DNA of 64,000 nt from Planctomycetota bacterium (GCA_020851795.1 JADZCA010000013.1:7428-71427), one strand, 5' to 3'. Positions 43,223 through 52,745 are shown, numbered from the stretch's first letter. Numbers and translations: made by a program. Notes: generated by a model from the letters alone, not told the origin.

Positions 43223-43240
43223 TGCAACGGATCCGTTGCA
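43223..43240. promoter_or_regulatory. perfect 18-bp palindrome TGCAACGGATCCGTTGCA in a divergent promoter region
   Basis: Lies between the operon start (43138, -) and the octahaem cytochrome start (43343, +). Flanked by imperfect GC inverted repeats. Confidence 0.4.
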
Positions 43241-43342
43241 GCGACGCGACGCCGACGGAAGCCCGACGGCGTCGCTCGCGTTGCGCGCTCGGGGGCGCGC
43301 GCGCGTCGGCAGGCGACGATCGCGGCGTCCTCGGAGGGCGCT

Positions 43343-45256
43343 GTGCGCGCGGACCGTCGCCTCCTCGCCGCGGGCGCCGTCGTCGCCGTCGCGGTCGCGA
43401 TCGCTTCCGCACCGCGTCGGGCCGACGCGGGCGACGCCGCGCCGCCCGTCGCCGCGGCGCGCTGCGCTCCGTGCCACGCGGCCGCGCACGCGGCGTGGGC
43501 GCCGTCGAACCATGCCCGCTCGACCCGCGGGCTGACGCCCGCCGACCTCGGGGTCGCCGACGGCGCCACGCTGCGGGTCGAGCACGACGGGCACGTCTCG
43601 ACGTTCTCGGCCGCACGCGGCGCGGTGACGCTCGAGACCGCCGGCCCCGACGGCAAGCCCGCGCGCTACGAGGTCCCGTGGGTCGTCGGGCCTCGACGCG
43701 TCGAGATGTTCGTGGGGCCGGTGCCCTCCGGCGCCGTGCAGGTGATGCCGGTGATGCGCGAGGTGCCCACGGGGCGTTGGTTCGACTGGACGCACCTCGT
43801 GTTCGGCGGGCCGCTGGTCGGCGGGCGCGCGGGCCCCGCCCCCGTCGTCGCGCCGGGCGACGAGACGTGGTGGACGGGGCCCGTGCGGTCCTTCGACGCT
43901 CGTTGCGCCCGCTGCCACGTCAGCGGGCGCGAGCCCGTCGCGCCGTCGCCCGACGGCACGGGCCCACGGTCGCGCTGGCGGGCGCTGGGCGTGGACTGCG
44001 AGGCGTGCCACGGCGACGGCGACGCCCACGTCGCGTTCTGGCGGCGGAGCCGGCCCGACCCGGCCGCGAAGGACCCGATCGTGCGCTGGCGCGACCTCGA
44101 CCGCGACGCGTCGCTGTCGGCGTGCCTCGCGTGCCACCTCGAGGGCGAGGTCGTCGCGCGCGGGATGGCGCCGGGCCGGGACGTGCTCGAGCACGTGGAC
44201 CCGACGCTGATCGACGACCCCGAGCGGCTCGACGCGCACGCGCGCCCGATGGAGCTGGTCTACGAGGGGCTCTCGCTCCTCTCGAGCCGCTGCGCGGAGC
44301 GCGGCGGCCTCACCTGCCTCGACTGCCACGCGTCGCACGGCAGCCCGCACGGCGCGCTGCTCGTCCGTCCCGTCGCCGGCGACGGCCTGTGCGCGCGGTG
44401 CCACCGCGCGGAGGCCGGCGCGCCCGCGGCCCACAGCCACCACGCGGCCGGCGGGACGGGGGCCCGCTGCGTCGCCTGCCACCTCCCGCCCGTCCCCGTC
44501 GAGCGCGGCCACGGCGTCGTCACCGACCACACGATCGGCGTGCCGCGCGTCCCGGCGCCGGGCGAGGTCGCGGCGCGCGACGCGTGCACCGGCTGCCACG
44601 AGGGGGGACGAGGGTTCCCCGCGGGCGCGCCGCCCGTCGTCCCGGACCGGCTGCGCGCGGCGTACGCCGCCTGGTGGCCGTCGGCCGCGACGCGGCGCGG
44701 GTGGCCCGACGCGTTCCTCGCGCAGCGACAGGGCGCGCCGCATGCGGCGGCCGCGCTGACCGACGTGCTCTACGACACCTCGGTCCCGCACGTCGTGCGC
44801 GCGTCGGCGGCCGCCGCACTCGGGCGGCTCGAAGCGACGCCGGAGGCCCCGCTCCTCGACGCCGTCGCCGACGAGGACCCGCTGGTGCGCGCGGCGGCCG
44901 CGAGCGCCCTCGCGCGGGTGCGCTCGCCGGCGGCCGACGCGGCGCTCACGGCCGCGCTCGCCGACGCGTCGCCGCTCGTGCGCGCTCGCGCCGCGAAGGC
45001 CGCGCTCGAGGGGTGGTCGCGCGTGTCCGGCGACGCCGCGCTGCGACGCGCGACGCTGCCGGTGCTGCGCGCGCAGGCCGACGCCGTGCCCGACGACGAC
45101 CTGCGGTGGTTTCGCCTCGGTGCGGCGTGCGAGCTCGACGGGGATTCCGCGGGGGCCGTCGACGCGTACGCGCGGCAGGTCGCGCTCGACCCCTTCGCCG
45201 GCGCGGTGCGGGAGCGCCTCGCGCGCCTGCGCGCGACGGCGTCGCCGCGTCGCTGA
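43343..45256 (+). CDS. octahaem c-type cytochrome fused to C-terminal HEAT/PBS-lyase repeats
   Basis: Signal peptide. Eight CxxCH motifs (CAPCH, CARCH, CEACH, CLACH, CLDCH, CARCH, CVACH, CTGCH). C-terminal DEDPLVRAAAASALARV-type HEAT repeats. GTG start at 43343. Confidence 0.7.
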   Translation: MRADRRLLAAGAVVAVAVAIASAPRRADAGDAAPPVAAARCAPCHAAAHAAWAPSNHARSTRGLTPADLGVADGATLRVEHDGHVSTFSAARGAVTLETAGPDGKPARYEVPWVVGPRRVEMFVGPVPSGAVQVMPVMREVPTGRWFDWTHLVFGGPLVGGRAGPAPVVAPGDETWWTGPVRSFDARCARCHVSGREPVAPSPDGTGPRSRWRALGVDCEACHGDGDAHVAFWRRSRPDPAAKDPIVRWRDLDRDASLSACLACHLEGEVVARGMAPGRDVLEHVDPTLIDDPERLDAHARPMELVYEGLSLLSSRCAERGGLTCLDCHASHGSPHGALLVRPVAGDGLCARCHRAEAGAPAAHSHHAAGGTGARCVACHLPPVPVERGHGVVTDHTIGVPRVPAPGEVAARDACTGCHEGGRGFPAGAPPVVPDRLRAAYAAWWPSAATRRGWPDAFLAQRQGAPHAAAALTDVLYDTSVPHVVRASAAAALGRLEATPEAPLLDAVADEDPLVRAAAASALARVRSPAADAALTAALADASPLVRARAAKAALEGWSRVSGDAALRRATLPVLRAQADAVPDDDLRWFRLGAACELDGDSAGAVDAYARQVALDPFAGAVRERLARLRATASPRR

Positions 45257-45387
45257 CCCCCGCGCGGGACGGCGCGGCGCGGTCCGCCGCGCTCCGGCGG
45301 TCGCGCGGGGCCCGCGCCGGGCGACCGGGTGGGGCACGACCCGGCGGGAAACGTGACATCGGCGCGGCGGCGCGGCATGACGGCGGC

Positions 45388-46017
45388 GTGCCCCGCGACC
45401 TCGCCGACGAGCTCCCGCTGCGCTCGCGCACCTCCCGCCGGTGGGCCGAGGCGGCGCTGGCGGACCCGCTCGCGCTGCTCGACGACCACGCGCACCTTGA
45501 GCGCAAGGCGGCCGCGAACGCGCTGGCGCTGTGGACGCGCGCGCCGGTGGAGCTCGACGACGACGCGCACGCGACATGGACGCGGGTGCTCGCGTCGGTG
45601 GCGCGCGACGAGGCCGAGCACCTCGCGCTCGTCCTGCGCGTGCTGGCGCGTCGCGGCGGGGTGCCGTCGCGGCGCCACCGCAACGCGTACGCCGCGGCCC
45701 TGCACCGCCACGTCCGCACCGGCGCGGGGCGGGACGAGGTCGTGGACCACCTCCTCGTCTGCGCGCTGATCGAGGCGCGTTCGTGCGAGCGCTTCGAGGC
45801 GCTCGCGGCCGCGGCGACCGACGAGGAGCTGCGCGCCCTGTTCCACGGCCTCTGCGCGTCCGAGCGGGGGCACCACCGCGTCTTCCTCGAGCTCGCCGCG
45901 GCCGTGGCGGGGCCGGAGGCCGTGCGGGCCCGGTTCGACGCGCTGCTCGGGCTCGAGGCGCTCGACCTCGCCGCCCAGCCGCCCGGGCCGAGGGTGCACG
46001 CCGGCGAACCCCGCTGA
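45388..46017 (+). CDS. miaE: MiaE-like diiron tRNA (ms2io6A37) hydroxylase
   Basis: DDHAHLERKAAANALAL and LLVCALIEARSCERFE ferritin-like motifs. GTG start in the frame of ORF 40585..46017. Confidence 0.6.
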   Translation: MPRDLADELPLRSRTSRRWAEAALADPLALLDDHAHLERKAAANALALWTRAPVELDDDAHATWTRVLASVARDEAEHLALVLRVLARRGGVPSRRHRNAYAAALHRHVRTGAGRDEVVDHLLVCALIEARSCERFEALAAAATDEELRALFHGLCASERGHHRVFLELAAAVAGPEAVRARFDALLGLEALDLAAQPPGPRVHAGEPR

Positions 46018-46089
46018 CCGGCCCGTCGGGCCTCGAGGTTCGAGGACGCTCGGCTCCCGGTAGGCTCTCGCGGTCCTCGGAGCCCGCCC

Positions 46090-47064
46090 GTGCGCCCGAC
46101 CCTCGCCCTCGTCGCGACCCTCGCCCTCGTCACGCTCGCGCTCCCCGCCCGGGGCGCGGACGCGCCGAAGGCCCCGCCCGCCCCCTCGAAGCCGCTGCTC
46201 TGGGTGGTCGAGGGCCCGCCGCGGGTCTACCTCTTCGGCACCATCCACCTCCCCGACGACCGCGTGGTCACGCTGCCCGACGTGGTCCGCAAGGCGCACG
46301 CGGCGAGCGACGTCGTGTGGGGCGAGCTCTCGCTCGAGGACCTCGACTCGCCGTCGATGGCGAAGGCGATCTTCCTCGAGCCCGGCCGCTCCCTCGGCGA
46401 CGTCGTCGGCGCCGAGGTCATGGGGCGCGTGACGGCCTACCTCGACGGGCGACGCACGCCGGTCGCGATCTTCCAGCGCATGCGGCCCGTGTGGGCGGCG
46501 GTGACCATCGGCATGCTCGACGCGCTCCCGCTGCTCGCGACGCGCACGCCCATGGACAAGCAGCTCCTGCGCGACGCCAAGGACGCCGGCAAGGCGACGG
46601 GCGGCCTCGAGACCGTCGAGGAGCAGCTCGCGGTGTTCGACCAGATGCCGCTCGAGGCGCAGGTGCGCTACCTCGACGCCACCGTGGCCGAGCTCGTCAA
46701 GCTCGACAAGGAGGGCAAGAGCCCGACCGACGCCGTCGTCGAGGCCTACGTCTCCGGCGACGAGGCGCGGATCACGAAGGAGATGGACGCGATGAGCGCC
46801 TCGGAGGACCCCGAGGCGAGGGCGCTCGCCCAGCGGCTGCTGGGCGACCGCAACCGGCTCATGGCCGAGCGCCTCGTCGCGCGCGTCAAGGCGCGCCCCG
46901 ACCGCACGTACTTCGTCGCGGTCGGCGCCGCGCACCTGCCGGGCGAGGGCGGCGTGCTCGACCTGCTCGGAAAGGCCGGGTGGAAGGCGCGTCGCGTCGC
47001 GCCCGGCGAGGAGATCCCCGCGGGCGCGGCGGCGCCCAAGGAGCCGGTCCCGGCGGGCAAGTGA
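46090..47064 (+). CDS. TraB/GumN family protein (secreted)
   Basis: Signal peptide. GTIHLPDDRV and VGAAHLPGEGG motifs. Confidence 0.65.
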   Translation: MRPTLALVATLALVTLALPARGADAPKAPPAPSKPLLWVVEGPPRVYLFGTIHLPDDRVVTLPDVVRKAHAASDVVWGELSLEDLDSPSMAKAIFLEPGRSLGDVVGAEVMGRVTAYLDGRRTPVAIFQRMRPVWAAVTIGMLDALPLLATRTPMDKQLLRDAKDAGKATGGLETVEEQLAVFDQMPLEAQVRYLDATVAELVKLDKEGKSPTDAVVEAYVSGDEARITKEMDAMSASEDPEARALAQRLLGDRNRLMAERLVARVKARPDRTYFVAVGAAHLPGEGGVLDLLGKAGWKARRVAPGEEIPAGAAAPKEPVPAGK

Positions 47065-48659
47065 GCCCGGTCCCGACGCCGCCCGTCGCGCCGCCCGACG
47101 CGCCCGGGGCGCGGGAGGGGGCGGGGCGTCGCGTCCGCGTTGCGCTCCTGCTTGCGCTCGTCGTCGCGGTCGTCGCCCACGTCCGCGGCGCCGGCGAGCA
47201 CCCCAACAACCAGGACCGCGAGCTCGACCTCCTGCTCGCGCGGCGGATCGTCGCCGAGGGCGTGTGGACCGACGGGTGCCGCAGCCCGCTGTTCCCGCTC
47301 TGCCTCGCGCCGGTCGCGGGCGCGGACGCGGGCTTCGCGCAGCGGGCGCGATGGGTGGGCCTCGCCACCGGCGCGCTCGCCTTCGCGGTCGTCTTCCTCG
47401 CGCTCGCGCGCCTCGCCTCGGAGCGGACGGCGCTCGTCGCGGCGCTCGCGCTCGGCCCCGAGTGGACCTTCCAGGTCTCGCGCCTGCGGGGCGAGCCGCT
47501 CGCGGCCGCGCTCGTCGTCCTGTGCGCGGCCTGCCTCGCGACGAGGCGGGCGGCGGCCCGCCCGTGGCGCGCGGCGTTCCTGGCCGGCGCGTTCGCCGGC
47601 GCGTCGCACCTCGCCAAGGGGAGCGGGCCGCTGACGCTGCTCGCCGCGTCGGCGGTGGTCGTCGTGCAGGACCGCCGGCGCGCCCTGGCGCCGGTCGCGT
47701 TGCTCGTCGCGGGGTTCGTGGTCGTCGCCGCGCCGCTGCTCGTGGACACGGCCCGGCGCTTCGGGTCGCCGTTCTTCAACGCGAACACCGCCCACGTGAT
47801 GTGGGAGGCGGCCGGCGAGGACCAGCAGTGGCGCTGGAGCACCGCGACCCCCGCGTCGTGGTGGGCCGCGCACGGGCTGGCGGGCACGCTCGAGCGCCTC
47901 GGGCGCGGGCTCCTCGTCGTCACGCACGGGCCGCTGCTGTGGGCGACGCTCGCGGCCGCCGCGGCGCTCTGGTGGGCGCGCCGTCGGGGCGGGGCGACGA
48001 CCGTGCCCGACGGCGCGGCCGCGTTCGTGGGCGTGACGGCCGCGTTCGTGCTGGCCTGGCTGCCACCGTTCGCGTGGTACGTGCCGATCGCGAACGGGCG
48101 TCGCTACCTGTTCCCCGTCGTCGCGGCCGCCGTGCCCGCGCTCGTCCTCGTCGTCGAGGCCGCGCTCCGCGCCCGCGCGGCGCGCGCCGCCGCGGCCGTG
48201 GACGCGGTCGGTGCGCGCCTGCTCGCCGTGCTCGCGTCGCCGGTGGCCCTCGTCGCCGCCGTCGTCGCGCTCGCCGCCGCCGACGTCGTCGAGTCGAGGT
48301 CGCCGCCGCGACCGGGGCCGCGGGTGCCGTTCGACGAGGCGACGCTCGCGGTCGCGTCGCGCCTGCGCGCGCTGCCCGAGGGCACGCGCGTGCTCGCCGG
48401 GCCGTCCGCGACGGTCCCGTCGCCCTGGCTCGTCTACCCCGCGGCGACGTACGTCCACCTGCCGAGCGGCCTCCCGCCCGCGCAGGCGGAGGCGTGGGTG
48501 CGCGGGCACGCCGACGTCGTGCTGTGGTCGCGCGGGCTCGCCACACGCCGGCCGCAGCCCTTCTCGGCGTGGGCCGACGGGACGACGCCGCCGTGGGCGG
48601 ACCCCGTCAGCCCGGCCGACGCGACGGGCCCGCTCCGCCTCTACCGGGTCGTGCCGTAG
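47061..48659 (+). CDS. polytopic membrane protein (ArnT/PMT-like GT-C fold suspected)
   Basis: GTG at 47061 overlaps the TraB stop (GTGA). About 11 TM helices plus a C-terminal periplasmic domain. Confidence 0.5.
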   Translation: MSPVPTPPVAPPDAPGAREGAGRRVRVALLLALVVAVVAHVRGAGEHPNNQDRELDLLLARRIVAEGVWTDGCRSPLFPLCLAPVAGADAGFAQRARWVGLATGALAFAVVFLALARLASERTALVAALALGPEWTFQVSRLRGEPLAAALVVLCAACLATRRAAARPWRAAFLAGAFAGASHLAKGSGPLTLLAASAVVVVQDRRRALAPVALLVAGFVVVAAPLLVDTARRFGSPFFNANTAHVMWEAAGEDQQWRWSTATPASWWAAHGLAGTLERLGRGLLVVTHGPLLWATLAAAAALWWARRRGGATTVPDGAAAFVGVTAAFVLAWLPPFAWYVPIANGRRYLFPVVAAAVPALVLVVEAALRARAARAAAAVDAVGARLLAVLASPVALVAAVVALAAADVVESRSPPRPGPRVPFDEATLAVASRLRALPEGTRVLAGPSATVPSPWLVYPAATYVHLPSGLPPAQAEAWVRGHADVVLWSRGLATRRPQPFSAWADGTTPPWADPVSPADATGPLRLYRVVP

Positions 48660-48702
48660 CGTAGGATCGCGCGCGGGCCGCCGGCCCGTCGGAGGGCGCA
48701 CC

Positions 48703-51177
48703 GTGCAGGACTTCGAGCTGCTGGGCCAGTTCTACCTCGGCAAGGCCTACGACCCCGTCGCCGGCGCGGTCTCCGACGACATCGTGCTCTACGACGCCAA
48801 GGACCTGACCACGCACGGCGTCATCGTGGGCATGACGGGCAGCGGCAAGACGGGGCTCGCGGTGTCGATCATCGAGGAGGCCGCCATCGACGGCGTGCCG
48901 GTGCTGGCGATCGACCCCAAGGGCGACCTCGGCAACCTCCTGCTCGCGTTCCCCGACCTCTCGCCCGCCGACTTCCGCCCGTGGGTGGACGAGCAGGAGG
49001 CCGCGCGCAAAGGGATGACGGCCGACGCCTACGCCGCCGAGACGGCGGCGACGTGGCGCAAGGGCCTCGCCGCGTGGGGGCAGGACCCCGCCCGCGTCGC
49101 GCGCTACCGCGACGCCGCGCGCGCGACGATCTACACGCCGGGCAGCACCGCCGGCGTGCCGCTGACCGTGCTCAAGTCCTTCGCCGCGCCGCCGCCCGCC
49201 GTGCGCGACGACGCGGAGGCGCTGCGCGAGCGCGTCGTCGCGACGACGTCGGGGCTGCTCGCGCTGCTCGGGCTCGACGCCGACCCCGTCCGCAGCCGCG
49301 AGCACATCCTCGTCGCGACGCTGCTCGAGGGCGCGTGGCGCGAGGGCCGCGACCTCGACGTCGCCGGGCTGCTGCGCGCGATCCAGCAGCCTCCCTTCGA
49401 CCGGCTCGGCGTGCTCGACCTCGAGTCGTTCTTCCCGGCGAAGGACCGCACCGCGCTCGCGATGGCGCTCAACGGCCTCGTCGCCTCGCCGGGCTTCTCG
49501 GCGTGGACGCAGGGCGAGCCGCTCGACGTCGGGAGGCTGCTCTGGACGCCCGAGGGCGCGCCGCGCGTCAGCGTCGTGTCGATCGCGCACCTCTCCGACG
49601 CGGAGCGGATGTTCTTCGTCACGGCGCTGCTCTCCGAGGTCGTGGCGTGGATGCGGGCGCAGTCGGGCACGTCGAGCCTGCGGGCGCTCCTCTACATGGA
49701 CGAGGTGTTCGGCTACTTCCCGCCGACCGCGAACCCGCCGTCGAAGGGCCCGATGCTGACCCTGCTCAAGCAGGCGCGCGCCTACGGGCTCGGCGTCCTG
49801 CTCGCGACGCAGAACCCGGTGGACCTCGACTACAAGGGGCTGGGCAACGCGGGGACCTGGTTCCTCGGGCGCCTGCAGACCGAGCGCGACAAGGCGCGCA
49901 TCGTGGACGGCCTCGAGGGCGCCTCGGCCGCGGCCGGCGCCTTCGACCGCGCCCGCCTCGAGGCGACGATCTCGGGCCTGAAGAACCGCGTGTTCCTCAT
50001 GGTGAACGCGCACGACGACGCGCCGACGCTGTTCCAGACGCGGTGGGCGCTCTCCTACCTGCGCGGGCCGCTGACGAAACCGCAGATCCAGGCGCTGACG
50101 GCGGCGCGACGCGACGCGGGGCCCGCCGCGGCGGCGCCGTCGGCCGTGCCCTACGGCGCGCGGCCGGCTCCGGCGGCGCCGACGGCCGCGGCGGGCGGCG
50201 GGGCGCCCGGCGCGGGGCCCGGGGCGACGGCGGTGCGGCCGGTGGTCCCGCCCGACGTCGTCGAGGTGTTCCTCCCGGCCGCGCCCGGCGGGGGCGGGCA
50301 CCGGCTCGAGTACCGCCCGGGCGTGCTCGCGAACGCGAAGCTGCACTACGTGGACGCCAAGGCGGGCGTGGACGTGTGGGAGGCGGTGGCGGTGCGGGCC
50401 CCGCTCCCCGACGAGACGGCGCTCGACCCGTGGGACGCCGCGGAGGTGCTGCGTGCGGCGCCGACGACGGCGCGCGCGCCGGACGCGGGCGCGACGTTCT
50501 CGGCGCTGCCGGGCTCGGCGACGCGCGCGAAGACCTACGCCGCGTGGCAGAAGGCGCTCGAGGAGTGGCTCTTCCGCACGCGGCCGCTGTCCGTGTACCG
50601 CTGCGCGGAGCTCAAGGAGGCCAGCCGGCCCGGCGAGACGGAAGGCGACTTCCGCGTGCGCCTCGGGCAGCTGCTGCGCGAGCGGCGGGACCGCGAGGTC
50701 GAAGCGCTCAAGCGCAAGTGGGAGCCGAAGGTGACCGCGCTGGCCGACCGCGTCCGCGCGGCCGAGGAGCGCGTGGCGCGCGAGCAGTCGCAGGCGTCGC
50801 AGCAGAAGCTGCAGACCACGCTCTCGTGGGGCGCGACGATCCTCGGCGCGATCTTCGGGCGCGGCAAGATCGCGAGCGCGGGCACGATCGGGCGCGCGAC
50901 GACGGCGGCGCGCGGGATCGGGCGGGCGTCGAAGGAGGCGGCCGACGTCACCCGGGCCGAGGAGGGCGCCGACGTGCTGCGCGCGCGGCTCGCCGAGCTG
51001 CAGAAGCAGGTCGAGGACGAGATCGCCGCGCTGCGCACGGCGACCGACCCCGGCTCGCTCGCGCTCGACGAGGTGCGCGTCGCGCCGCGCAAGGGCGACC
51101 TCTCCGTCGGCACCGTGGCGCTGCTCTGGACGCCGTGGCGCGTCCTCCCCGACGGCACCTCCGAGCCCGCCCGGTAA
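48703..51177 (+). CDS. HerA/DUF87-like P-loop ATPase with a long coiled-coil C-terminal extension
   Basis: GVIVGMTGSGKTGLAVSIIEEAAIDGVPVLAIDPKGDL (Walker A). YMDEVFGYFPP (Walker B-like). LLATQNPVDLD. 824 aa from GTG 48703. Confidence 0.6.
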   Translation: MQDFELLGQFYLGKAYDPVAGAVSDDIVLYDAKDLTTHGVIVGMTGSGKTGLAVSIIEEAAIDGVPVLAIDPKGDLGNLLLAFPDLSPADFRPWVDEQEAARKGMTADAYAAETAATWRKGLAAWGQDPARVARYRDAARATIYTPGSTAGVPLTVLKSFAAPPPAVRDDAEALRERVVATTSGLLALLGLDADPVRSREHILVATLLEGAWREGRDLDVAGLLRAIQQPPFDRLGVLDLESFFPAKDRTALAMALNGLVASPGFSAWTQGEPLDVGRLLWTPEGAPRVSVVSIAHLSDAERMFFVTALLSEVVAWMRAQSGTSSLRALLYMDEVFGYFPPTANPPSKGPMLTLLKQARAYGLGVLLATQNPVDLDYKGLGNAGTWFLGRLQTERDKARIVDGLEGASAAAGAFDRARLEATISGLKNRVFLMVNAHDDAPTLFQTRWALSYLRGPLTKPQIQALTAARRDAGPAAAAPSAVPYGARPAPAAPTAAAGGGAPGAGPGATAVRPVVPPDVVEVFLPAAPGGGGHRLEYRPGVLANAKLHYVDAKAGVDVWEAVAVRAPLPDETALDPWDAAEVLRAAPTTARAPDAGATFSALPGSATRAKTYAAWQKALEEWLFRTRPLSVYRCAELKEASRPGETEGDFRVRLGQLLRERRDREVEALKRKWEPKVTALADRVRAAEERVAREQSQASQQKLQTTLSWGATILGAIFGRGKIASAGTIGRATTAARGIGRASKEAADVTRAEEGADVLRARLAELQKQVEDEIAALRTATDPGSLALDEVRVAPRKGDLSVGTVALLWTPWRVLPDGTSEPAR

Positions 51178-51343
51178 CGGCGGGCGGGGGCGGTCTGCGG
51201 GGGGCGCCTGCGCGCGCCCGCCGGGAGGACGTCGGCGCCCGGTGGCGGCCCGCGTCGTGGGGGCGTCCGTGCCGGCCCTCGCCGTCCACGCGGGACGGGA
51301 CGCGGCGCGGGCGCTGCGCCGGAAACGGCGAGCGTCGGCCGGG

Positions 51344-51697
51344 TCAGCGGCGTGCGAGGACGGTGCGGACGGCGTCGAGGAAGGCGCGCGCGGTGCGGCC
51401 GTCGGCGGACGGGAGGTAGCCGCAGCGCAGCGCGCCGAGGACCCTGTCGAGCGACGCCTCGTCGGTCGCCTCGGCGAGCAGCCGCTCCACCTCGGCGTGC
51501 GCCGCCGCCACCTCGACCGGGCGCGCCTCGCGGGCGAAGGCGCGCACCGCGTCCTCGGGCGTCCCGCCGAAGGCGTCGAAGTCCTCGTTGACGTACGCCC
51601 CGAACAGCCGCGCGAGCTGCGGGAAGCGGCGGCGCAGCGCGGCCGGCGTGGGCGGGCGTCCGTCGCGGCCGGGCGGGCGAGGGCGGGTGGGGGTCAC
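51344..51697 (-). CDS. small cytoplasmic protein, immunity-protein-like (hypothesis)
   Basis: 117 aa. GTG at 51697 overlaps the upstream stop (GTGA). Acidic and helical, with no TM. Confidence 0.35.
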   Translation of the reverse strand: MTPTRPRPPGRDGRPPTPAALRRRFPQLARLFGAYVNEDFDAFGGTPEDAVRAFAREARPVEVAAAHAEVERLLAEATDEASLDRVLGALRCGYLPSADGRTARAFLDAVRTVLARR

Positions 51698-52284
51698 GGC
51701 AGGCTCACGTAGGCGGTGTGGACGCGGAACCCCTCGGGGAAGCGGTCGCTCGGCGCGAGGACCACGACCACGGTGCGCCCCGGCGACGTGCGGCCGGTCG
51801 CCACGCGGTAGACGGTGCCCGCCGGCTCGGGCGTCCGTCCCTCGAACGACTCGAGCGCCGTCGGCGACGACGCGAGCCACGCGGCCACGCGGTCGCGGCG
51901 GTCGTAGAGCACGCGGGCCACCGCGCGGTCCGCCCCCGCACGGTCGGGGAACGTCGAGACCTCGCGCTTGGCCTCCGTCGCCGCGCGCCGCGCGAGCTCC
52001 TCGGGGGTGCGCCCCACGTGGCGCTCGAGCGTGTGCGCGCCGCCGAGCCCCTCGTGCGCCGTCAACGAGCCGCCCGGGATCGCGTCCGCCGGCGCGGCGC
52101 TGCGGGGCGCGTACCTCGCGGCGGACGGTGTGCGCCCGGCGGGGCGCGACGGCGCGCCGGGCTCGCGTTCCCCCGACGGCGCGCCGGCGCCGCGCCCGGC
52201 CGACGTGGAGGTGTCGTCGAGCGGGAGCCGGTCCCGCAGCAGCCACATCGCCAGCCCGACGAGGGCGAGCGCGACGATCGGCAC
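51694..52284 (-). CDS. TM-anchored small protein with a toxin-like C-terminal domain (bacterial RNase A-like toxin fold suspected)
   Basis: N-terminal TM VPIVALALVGLAMWLL, a Pro/Ala/Ser-rich linker, then GGAHTLERHVGRTPEELARR…RVHTAYVSLP. His/Arg 11 residues apart and a C-terminal T-x-Y recall the His-Arg-Thr-Tyr catalytic set of RNase A-like CDI toxins. Start codon uncertain (GTG 52284 or ATG at MWLL). Confidence 0.35.
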   Translation of the reverse strand: MPIVALALVGLAMWLLRDRLPLDDTSTSAGRGAGAPSGEREPGAPSRPAGRTPSAARYAPRSAAPADAIPGGSLTAHEGLGGAHTLERHVGRTPEELARRAATEAKREVSTFPDRAGADRAVARVLYDRRDRVAAWLASSPTALESFEGRTPEPAGTVYRVATGRTSPGRTVVVVLAPSDRFPEGFRVHTAYVSLP

Positions 52285-52334
52285 CCATCGCGTGGCCGGG
52301 CGCGGTGACGCGCCGCCGGGGCCCGCGACCAGCG

Positions 52335-52745
52335 TCAGAGCAGCTTCCCGAGGTCGCCCAGCTTGCCCATGATCGACGTGAGCAGCTCCGGCGACAGCTT
52401 GGACCGCACGAAGCTGAACAGCATCGCCGCGAAGCCCTGCGCCTTGTCGGTGCCGATGCCGGCCTTCTGCAGCATCGCGCCCACGGTCGCGGCCTGGCCC
52501 GCGGACCCGCCGAGCACCTTGCCCGCCGCCGCCATCAGGCCGCCGAGCGCGCCGCCGCCGCCGGTGGGGGCCTTGCGCATCGCGTCCTCGACGCCGGGGA
52601 TCGCCGCCGCGACCTTGCCGAAGTCGGCGGCGCCGACCTTGTCCTTGAGCATCGCGAAGAGGCCGCCCGCGCCCGACTCGGCCGCGCCGGCCGAGATGCC
52701 GAGCTGTTTCGACGCCATCCCGATGAAGTCCGACAGTCCGGCCAT
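52335..52745 (-). CDS. DUF2780-family protein
   Basis: 136 aa. Gly/Ala-rich repeats (GAAESGAGGLFAMLKDKVGAADFGKVAAAIPG…) and C-terminal SPELLTSIMGKLGDLGKLL, characteristic of DUF2780. Confidence 0.55.
   Translation of the reverse strand: MAGLSDFIGMASKQLGISAGAAESGAGGLFAMLKDKVGAADFGKVAAAIPGVEDAMRKAPTGGGGALGGLMAAAGKVLGGSAGQAATVGAMLQKAGIGTDKAQGFAAMLFSFVRSKLSPELLTSIMGKLGDLGKLL

Noticed and set aside
41019-43616. Upstream continuation of ORF 39474..43616 and the ORFs 40585..45387(+) and 44770..46935(-)
   Set aside because: Alternative frames across real genes (TPR protein, cytochrome, MiaE, TraB). They lack signal peptides or motifs and are highly biased in composition.
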